DNA of 64,000 nt from Salinivirgaceae bacterium (GTDB lineage: Bacteria; Bacteroidota; Bacteroidia; Bacteroidales; SZUA-534). Positions 57,994 to 64,000 of this stretch are shown here, piece after piece (positions within the stretch are counted from its first letter, which is position 1; the number at the start of each line of letters is the position of its first letter). Under the pieces are notes generated by a model. The model had not been told where the DNA came from. It worked only from the letters and a program-made list of their open reading frames with translations, and made no database searches. The stretch covers positions 32,001-96,000 of the forward strand of contig JAKSOL010000010.1 of assembly GCA_024405635.1 (NCBI GenBank). The letters run 5' to 3'. The translations under genes were made by a program, and so were the position numbers.

Positions 57994-58103
57994 AAAACAA
58001 TGCCGCAAGATACGATTTATTATTAAAAACAAAAATAGCACGCTGACAATTTCAGATTATTATTAGTTTTACGAGCGTATTATTGTTAAGAAATCTTACT
58101 ATT

Positions 58104-58481
58104 ATGAATTCACACACTCCAACAGTGTTAATTGTTGACGACTCATCAACTAACAATATATTGTTGCAGTCAGCACTTAGTGTCAATAAACTAAATGTTG
58201 AAATTGCCACAAGCGGCGAGGATGCCCTTGAGATTCTAAAAAGAAAGAACATAAATACTGTTGTTCTTGATGTTATGATGCCAGGAATGTCGGGATTTGA
58301 AGTTCTTAAAATAATTAAAGAGACTCCAAAAATTGCCCAAATACCTGTTGTTATTGTTACTGGAGAGAGCATAGGTGGAGAGCGTGAAAAAGCCGAAGAA
58401 CTTGGAGCTAGTGCTTTCTTTGCAAAGCCAATTGCACTCAAAACTTTAGTTACAAAAATCATTGAGTTGGCTGTAGTATAA
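58104..58481 (+). CDS. single-domain response regulator (REC only)
   Basis: LIVDD, LDVMMPGMSG (phospho-Asp), VTG and AKP; no output domain; start taken at MNSHTPT. Confidence 0.9.
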   Translation: MNSHTPTVLIVDDSSTNNILLQSALSVNKLNVEIATSGEDALEILKRKNINTVVLDVMMPGMSGFEVLKIIKETPKIAQIPVVIVTGESIGGEREKAEELGASAFFAKPIALKTLVTKIIELAVV

Positions 58482-58504
58482 TACTTGCCTCTTTTCTTTA
58501 ATAA

Positions 58505-60367
58505 ATGAATTATCTTCAAGCTGAATCTATAACCAAATCGTACGGTGATTTGGTTCTTTACTCCGACTTAAATTTCAGCGTTGAAAAGGGGCAACGTGTA
58601 GCTATTGTTGCCAATAATGGAGCAGGAAAAACATCGTTACTTCGCATATTAGCTGGAGTTGATCAACCTGACACTGGCAATGTTATTATTCGTAACGACA
58701 TTAGTTTAAGTTACCTTCCACAAGAACCGTTTTTAAATGCCAATCTAACTGTATTGGAAGAGGTGTTTGCTTCGGCAAACCAAACGATGCTTGTTATAAA
58801 AGAATTTGAAGAAGCTTGCCTTTCTAGCGACACACAACGAATTGACAAAGCCACTCAAGCTATGGAAAATGCCAATGCTTGGGATTATGAAGTTAGGATA
58901 AAACAAACATTATCAAAACTCAATATCACTAACTTTTCACAACCAATTAACGAGTTGTCTGGTGGGCAAAAAAAGCGATTGGCATTAGCTAAGGTGTTAA
59001 TCAACGAACCTGATATTCTAATACTCGATGAGCCTACCAATCACCTTGATTTGAATATGATTGAGTGGCTTGAAGATTTGCTTAACGCATCAAAAAGCAC
59101 ACTAATAATGGTCACTCACGATCGTTATTTTCTTGACCGCGTTTGCAACATAATTTACGAGATTGATAATCGTCAAATTTTCAAATACAAAGGCAACTAC
59201 TCATATTATCTTGAAAAACGCGAAGAACGTATTACCAACCAAAATATTGAGATAGAAAAAGCGCGCCAGTTATACAAAAAGGAACTTGATTGGATAAACC
59301 GAATGCCTCAAGCTAGAGGTACAAAAGCCAAATACCGCATTGATGCTTTTGACGATATTAAAGCCAAGGCTTTTAGCGAAGTAAAACGTCAAAACTTACA
59401 AATTGACATGCAAGGTTCGCGACTTGGAAACAAGATTATCGACATTTTCAACATCAGCAAAAAATATGGAAATAAAGTGCTTCTAAATGATTTTAGCTAC
59501 AAGTTTATGCGTGGCGAAAAAATTGGAATAGTAGGAGCAAACGGTATCGGAAAATCAACCTTGCTAAATATAATAACTGGTGCAATAGAATACGATTCGG
59601 GACATATCGAAATAGGGTCAACACTAAACATTGGTTACTACAAACAAGAGCATTTGCCTCTTAACGAAAACAAACGAGTAATTGAGATTATTCAAGAAAT
59701 TGCCGATGATATTGACATGAACGATGGCCGTCATTTATCGCCAACACAATATCTCAACTACTTTATGTTTCCACACGACATGCACTACTCTCTTGTTAGC
59801 AAGTTGAGTGGCGGCGAGCGGAAACGACTATACCTTATGACTGTGCTGATGCACAACCCTAACTTTTTGATTCTTGACGAGCCAACTAACGACATGGACA
59901 TTCTGACACTCAATGTGTTAGAAGACTTTTTGCAACAATTTAATGGTTGCGTAATAATAGTTTCGCACGACCGATACTTTATGGACAAAGTTGTTGACCA
60001 TTTGTTTGTGTTTGAGGGAGATGGCAAAATCAAAGATTTTCCAGGAAACTATACTCAATATAGAGAATGGCGCGCAGCAAAAGACGAAGCAGAAAAGCAG
60101 AAAAAAACCAGTAACATCAAACCTCAAAATGTAAAAGAGCGCTCAACTGAGAAGAAAAAAATGTCGTATAAAGAGACTAAAGAATTTGAACAATTGAGCA
60201 CCGACATTGAAAAACTTGAAACCGAAAAAGCTGAAATAGAAAATTTGCTTTCAGGCGGTGAATCTGACGCTAAAAAAATAATGGAGTTATCTCAAAGGTT
60301 TGATTTGATTGTAAAAGAAATTGACTCAAAAACTGAGCGTTGGCTCGAGCTCAGCGAGCTTTGCTAA
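58505..60367 (+). CDS. ABC-F family ATPase (Uup/YfmR-like)
   Basis: Two NBDs, ELDWINRMPQARGTKAKYR linker, and KKMSYKE...ERWLEL C-terminal coiled coil. Confidence 0.92.
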   Translation: MNYLQAESITKSYGDLVLYSDLNFSVEKGQRVAIVANNGAGKTSLLRILAGVDQPDTGNVIIRNDISLSYLPQEPFLNANLTVLEEVFASANQTMLVIKEFEEACLSSDTQRIDKATQAMENANAWDYEVRIKQTLSKLNITNFSQPINELSGGQKKRLALAKVLINEPDILILDEPTNHLDLNMIEWLEDLLNASKSTLIMVTHDRYFLDRVCNIIYEIDNRQIFKYKGNYSYYLEKREERITNQNIEIEKARQLYKKELDWINRMPQARGTKAKYRIDAFDDIKAKAFSEVKRQNLQIDMQGSRLGNKIIDIFNISKKYGNKVLLNDFSYKFMRGEKIGIVGANGIGKSTLLNIITGAIEYDSGHIEIGSTLNIGYYKQEHLPLNENKRVIEIIQEIADDIDMNDGRHLSPTQYLNYFMFPHDMHYSLVSKLSGGERKRLYLMTVLMHNPNFLILDEPTNDMDILTLNVLEDFLQQFNGCVIIVSHDRYFMDKVVDHLFVFEGDGKIKDFPGNYTQYREWRAAKDEAEKQKKTSNIKPQNVKERSTEKKKMSYKETKEFEQLSTDIEKLETEKAEIENLLSGGESDAKKIMELSQRFDLIVKEIDSKTERWLELSELC

Positions 60368-60390
60368 TAACTTAGCAAATTCTATTCATT

Positions 60391-61272
60391 ATGAAAAAGC
60401 CTACTTTTCTTTTATTGTTGCTAACCATTTTGTTTTGTAATAGCTCCTTTTCCCAATTTCAAAACGATGATAAACTAACAATAAAATCGCCCCGAGAAGT
60501 TAGAGCCGGCAGCAATTTTCAAATCACTTTTATAATTCAAAAGAACCAATACCATGGCAATGTTCGCTTGCAGATTGAAATTCCGCAAGGTTTTACAGTA
60601 ACTGCAAAGAGCAACGACAACTCAATTTTCAGGTTTGAAGACCAACGTGCCATTTTTCAATGGACAAACTTACCTTCTGTTCAAGATGACGATATAAAAG
60701 TATCACTTCAAGTTTCATCTGACCAATCAATGTTGGGATATTCAGTTTTTAGGCCATCAATTGTTGAAATAATAAACGGGGAAGCTATTCGCAACGATTT
60801 TACAGCTCACGCTATTATGATTACCGAACCAGACAAATCGGCCTCTGAACTAAAAAAGAGTAATGCAAAAACGAACTACTCATTTGACGAAATTCAGAAA
60901 GAAGGATTATGCTGCATACGACAAGTTCCTTTTGACAATGATGGTGAGATAATTGTAAACATACTAGTTAGCAAAGGTCAAAACACTAACTATGGTAAGG
61001 TTCAAGAAAAAGTACCATACGGGTACATAGCTTCAAACATTGATAGCAAAAACGGCATTTTTGTGTTCAATCAAACACAAAATTTGGTTAAGTATATGTG
61101 GATGAACATGCCAACTGACGAACAATTTATTATCAGTTACAAACTAACCCCCACTAACAATGTTCGCAAAGAACAAGCCTTTGTAATTCAAGGAGTTTTT
61201 TACTACACTGCCGACAACCAAACCAAAAGTGTAAACATTCAGGAACGAAGAATTGAACTAACACAAGAATAA
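60391..61272 (+). CDS. secreted hypothetical protein with two homologous beta-sandwich-like domains
   Basis: Signal peptide; repeated K.....G.(R/K)(L/V)Q..(I/V)P.G(F/Y).......N.IF.F.......W.N(L/M)P unit. Confidence 0.8.
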   Translation: MKKPTFLLLLLTILFCNSSFSQFQNDDKLTIKSPREVRAGSNFQITFIIQKNQYHGNVRLQIEIPQGFTVTAKSNDNSIFRFEDQRAIFQWTNLPSVQDDDIKVSLQVSSDQSMLGYSVFRPSIVEIINGEAIRNDFTAHAIMITEPDKSASELKKSNAKTNYSFDEIQKEGLCCIRQVPFDNDGEIIVNILVSKGQNTNYGKVQEKVPYGYIASNIDSKNGIFVFNQTQNLVKYMWMNMPTDEQFIISYKLTPTNNVRKEQAFVIQGVFYYTADNQTKSVNIQERRIELTQE

Positions 61273-61919
61273 TGCAGCGCACCGAACGATATAAGCAAGT
61301 TATTAAATGGTTTGAACTTAATATGCCGGTTGCGGAGACCGAACTCAACTACGCAAATGCTTTTCAGTTACTTGTAGCTGTAATTCTTTCGGCTCAATGT
61401 ACCGACAAGAGAGTAAATATGATTACTCCAAAACTATTTGAAAAACTACCCGATGCACAAGCCATGGCAAACGCAACTATCGACGAGATTTTTGAACTAA
61501 TTCGTAGTTGCTCATATCCAAACAACAAGGCAAAACATTTAAGTGCTATGGCTAAAATGCTTATAAACGATTTTAACGGCGAAGTTCCAAGTGACATAAA
61601 CGAACTTCAAAAATTACCGGGAGTTGGACGAAAAACAGCAAACGTTGTAGCTTCGGTCCACTTCAATATTCCAGCCATTGCTGTTGATACTCATGTATTT
61701 AGGGTTTCTGCCCGATTAGGATTAACTGTCAATGCAAAAACTCCACTTGCAAGCGAAACTCAACTAAAAAAATATATTCCAAAAGACATTTGGGCTATAG
61801 CGCATCATTGGCTAATATTGCACGGTCGTTACGTTTGTGTGGCACGAAAACCCAAATGTAATACTTGCGGACTATCAAACTATTGCGCTTATTTTGAGCA
61901 AAACAAAAATGAAGAATAA
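61272..61919 (+). CDS. nth: endonuclease III
   Basis: LSAQCTD, LPGVGRKTA, VDTHV and the C-x6-C-x2-C-x5-C Fe-S motif. Confidence 0.97.
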   Translation: MQRTERYKQVIKWFELNMPVAETELNYANAFQLLVAVILSAQCTDKRVNMITPKLFEKLPDAQAMANATIDEIFELIRSCSYPNNKAKHLSAMAKMLINDFNGEVPSDINELQKLPGVGRKTANVVASVHFNIPAIAVDTHVFRVSARLGLTVNAKTPLASETQLKKYIPKDIWAIAHHWLILHGRYVCVARKPKCNTCGLSNYCAYFEQNKNEE

Positions 61920-62061
61920 ATTAACCACCATACTTATTATCATCGCAACAACCTTTGTTACAAGCAGTTGTGTTTCTCAAAAAAAAGCACATGGCTATGC
62001 CCCATGTAATTGCGAGGTTATTGATAATCAAAGCGAGCGAGTTCCTTACACTCAACGATAG
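61909..62061 (+). CDS. small (50 aa) lipoprotein
   Basis: MKNKLTTILIIIATTFVTSSC signal/lipobox; start overlaps the nth stop and the ORF fills the gap to the convergent gene. Confidence 0.6.
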   Translation: MKNKLTTILIIIATTFVTSSCVSQKKAHGYAPCNCEVIDNQSERVPYTQR

Positions 62062-62063
62062 AA

Positions 62064-63392
62064 CTACAATTTAATTGAATTGAAAAATTCAAAGATTATT
62101 TGTGCAATTTCGTCTTTTCTGAAACCTATCAAATCTGAATGACCAGTTTTAGTCAGTTTCTTAAACTGAAATCCACGTTTATTCAAATCGCTGTGTTCAG
62201 TTTCAGACAGTTGTGATACTGCATCAAAATCGCCCTCAATTATTAACGACGGGCAGTTGAAATTGAATGTTTTATTTGCAGTTATAGCCCCCAAACCAAC
62301 TGGCGAAAACCATGTATTTACAACGTTGAGCATTTCACAACAACTTGATGAAACTGCGTTTTGCGACAAATAACGTTTTGCAACCACATCGCCCAACAAT
62401 ATGTTTTTTGAATACACACTACAAAACTTGCTATAATCAACTTTAATTGAATTCCAATCACCATTCTCTATCTGGTTACAAAAATCAACAAGTTGATTCA
62501 TATCATTATAAGTATATAATTTTGAGAAGATGTAAAGCAAGAAACGAACACGGTTAAATCCTTGTTTTTCAGCATCATCAACTTTTGATTGTAAATACTT
62601 CAATGGATTTACTTTAGTGGCATTAAACTCACTTTTTGCAATTCGCAACCCTATGTTTTCAATCTCATTTTCTGAAATACAAAAGTCGTTCAGTTTGCGA
62701 GGAGCAATAAGCACATTAGCCGCTAATTTATTAGGAAACAACTCGTTATACCGTTGAGCAATCATTGCGCCATAGCTAAAAGCCACCACACAAATACGTT
62801 CTGCGCCAATGTTGCGTCGCACATCTTCAATGTCTTGTACAACCTCATCAATAGTATATCCCGACACATTTATCTGATTTGACTGCCATTGTTTTTGTTG
62901 ATTGTTATATGCCTGGGCTACTTTTAAAGCAAAATTATCAATCGAAATATCGGTGGAATTAAACACCGAAATCATATCAGGACAACTAAGTTTTGTTGTG
63001 CCATCAACTCCCCTATATCCCACCATCACTAGTTGATGATGATAAGCTAATGTGTCAAAAAAAAGATTTGTACTAATATTTGTTTCACCAGGCCCCCCCC
63101 CGAGAATAAAAACAGGAACTCCACAATCAAAGTCCAAAGATTGTGTACGAACTACAGGTATTGAAATAAGTTTTGAATTTTTTGCCTGGCGCATTTCGCA
63201 AGCAACCAATGTACCATATTGAGCATCAATACCATTAAAAACTCCCTTATTCCACTCAACTTGACCAGATTTGCCAATAGCAACAACTTTTTGGCTTTCA
63301 GGATTATAAACCTGAGCAAAACAAGGACAAAAAAAAAGGCTCACAAACCATAATAATATCAAGTTTGTGAGCCTCATTTTATATAAAGTCAT
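62064..63392 (-). CDS. secreted alpha/beta hydrolase (TAP/S33 peptidase-like)
   Basis: LGGGPG oxyanion motif, YRGVDG, AFSYG nucleophile elbow, GDFD and GH; start may be 63377. Confidence 0.8.
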   Translation of the reverse strand: MTLYKMRLTNLILLWFVSLFFCPCFAQVYNPESQKVVAIGKSGQVEWNKGVFNGIDAQYGTLVACEMRQAKNSKLISIPVVRTQSLDFDCGVPVFILGGGPGETNISTNLFFDTLAYHHQLVMVGYRGVDGTTKLSCPDMISVFNSTDISIDNFALKVAQAYNNQQKQWQSNQINVSGYTIDEVVQDIEDVRRNIGAERICVVAFSYGAMIAQRYNELFPNKLAANVLIAPRKLNDFCISENEIENIGLRIAKSEFNATKVNPLKYLQSKVDDAEKQGFNRVRFLLYIFSKLYTYNDMNQLVDFCNQIENGDWNSIKVDYSKFCSVYSKNILLGDVVAKRYLSQNAVSSSCCEMLNVVNTWFSPVGLGAITANKTFNFNCPSLIIEGDFDAVSQLSETEHSDLNKRGFQFKKLTKTGHSDLIGFRKDEIAQIIFEFFNSIKL

Positions 63393-63767
63393 TTAGTAGG
63401 CTATCAATTCAAAATCAACATCAACAAGGTCTTGATATGAATCGCCAGCATCTGACATATCTTCATCTCCGTCCATATAATACCATTTAACAAGGACTTT
63501 TTTTCCTGCATTTTTTGCTTCTTGAAAATGCTCTAGTATGTCCAAAATTTGCTTTGACGATGCAGAATTAAAATAAATCATACGAAATTCTACAACTGTT
63601 TCATCGTTAGCATCTTTTGCATATTCCGAAATCCAATCAAGAATTGGTCGGTAAAATGATTTAACATCCTCTGGCAACGATTTTCCAGAAAATTTAAACT
63701 CGCCAGTATTTTTATCAAGCAACACTTCTGGACTTTCATCGGTTCCAGTCAGTTTCAATTGGTCCAT
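63393..63767 (-). CDS. siaC: SiaC-family (DUF1987) protein
   Basis: SPEV, SGKSLPED..FY.PI..W, YFNSASSK and KWYY...DEDM...G motifs; TAGTTTTG box at 63786-63793. Confidence 0.85.
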   Translation of the reverse strand: MDQLKLTGTDESPEVLLDKNTGEFKFSGKSLPEDVKSFYRPILDWISEYAKDANDETVVEFRMIYFNSASSKQILDILEHFQEAKNAGKKVLVKWYYMDGDEDMSDAGDSYQDLVDVDFELIAY

Positions 63768-63890
63768 AATTCAGATTGTTTTATGCAAAACTAACATTTG
63801 AAAGTAACATAACAAGTGTATTTTATATTTTTTGGTCAAAACAATTATTCAAAACACAACAAACGCATTTAACCTTATACACAATTATAA

Positions 63891-64000
63891 TTATACGCAT
63901 CCCCACAATTTGCGCAAAAACCACTCAACAGCCAACAAGAGTAAAATCAACCCCAACAACCATGTTTGACTAATGATTGGACTATTTGTAATTACAGAAC
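63891..64000 (-). CDS. 3' end of a membrane-anchored protein (partial)
   Basis: Not in the ORF track. Reads SVITNSPIISQTWLLGLILLLLAVEWFLRKLWGCV*, a C-terminal TM helix with the EWxxRKxxG tail seen in Bacteroidota VWA-type proteins. Confidence 0.7.
   Translation of the reverse strand, partial: SVITNSPIISQTWLLGLILLLLAVEWFLRKLWGCV

Noticed and set aside
58043-58055. CTGACAATTTCAG palindrome as a second Crp/Fnr site
   Set aside because: Spacing is TGA-N5-TCA rather than N6, and the arms are only 4 bp.
297-63973. Many short ORFs (60-190 aa) antisense to or nested in long genes, e.g. 10833-11408, 22064-22570, 38385-38858, 42265-42768, 58052-58519
   Set aside because: They are shadow frames of well-supported CDSs and carry no recognisable motifs.

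Overview
Gene-dense, AT-rich chromosomal window from a member of the Bacteroidota, most likely an anaerobic Bacteroidales. This rests on TAnnTTTG -7 promoter boxes, A-rich translation starts lacking Shine-Dalgarno motifs, and a T9SS type-B cargo next to porP/sprF. About 48 CDSs; I saw no rRNA, tRNA, CRISPR array, transposase or integrase. Main blocks: (1) housekeeping genes (queH 3' end, HAD hydrolase, DEAD-box helicase, yggS, proB, prmA, etfB-etfA-acyl-CoA dehydrogenase, two aminotransferases, two ABC-F ATPases, bcp, nth); (2) a surface glycan locus licD - tagD::Gfo/Idh/MocA fusion - TagF-like - flippase - YfhO - GT2; (3) a LacI-controlled GH67 alpha-glucuronidase/uxuB/uxuA cluster, divergent from a DUF6057-like plus CxxCH beta-propeller lipoprotein pair; (4) a 2461-aa IgGFc-binding/PKD-repeat T9SS adhesin with its PorP/SprF partner; (5) a Crp/Fnr-headed operon of uncharacterised secreted proteins beside an output-less Cache-HAMP-GAF-PAS sensor and a lone receiver protein. 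Best novelty candidates: an unannotated structured element at 43823-44000 (own promoter, two interleaved long helices, and an exact antisense copy of a translation start / 21-codon ORF); a small protein resembling the eukaryotic Janus/PHPT1 phosphohistidine phosphatases; the Crp/Fnr - GldM-C-like - paralog pair - sensor module; and the cytidylyltransferase-oxidoreductase fusion. All family calls are by-eye motif recognition; no searches were run.
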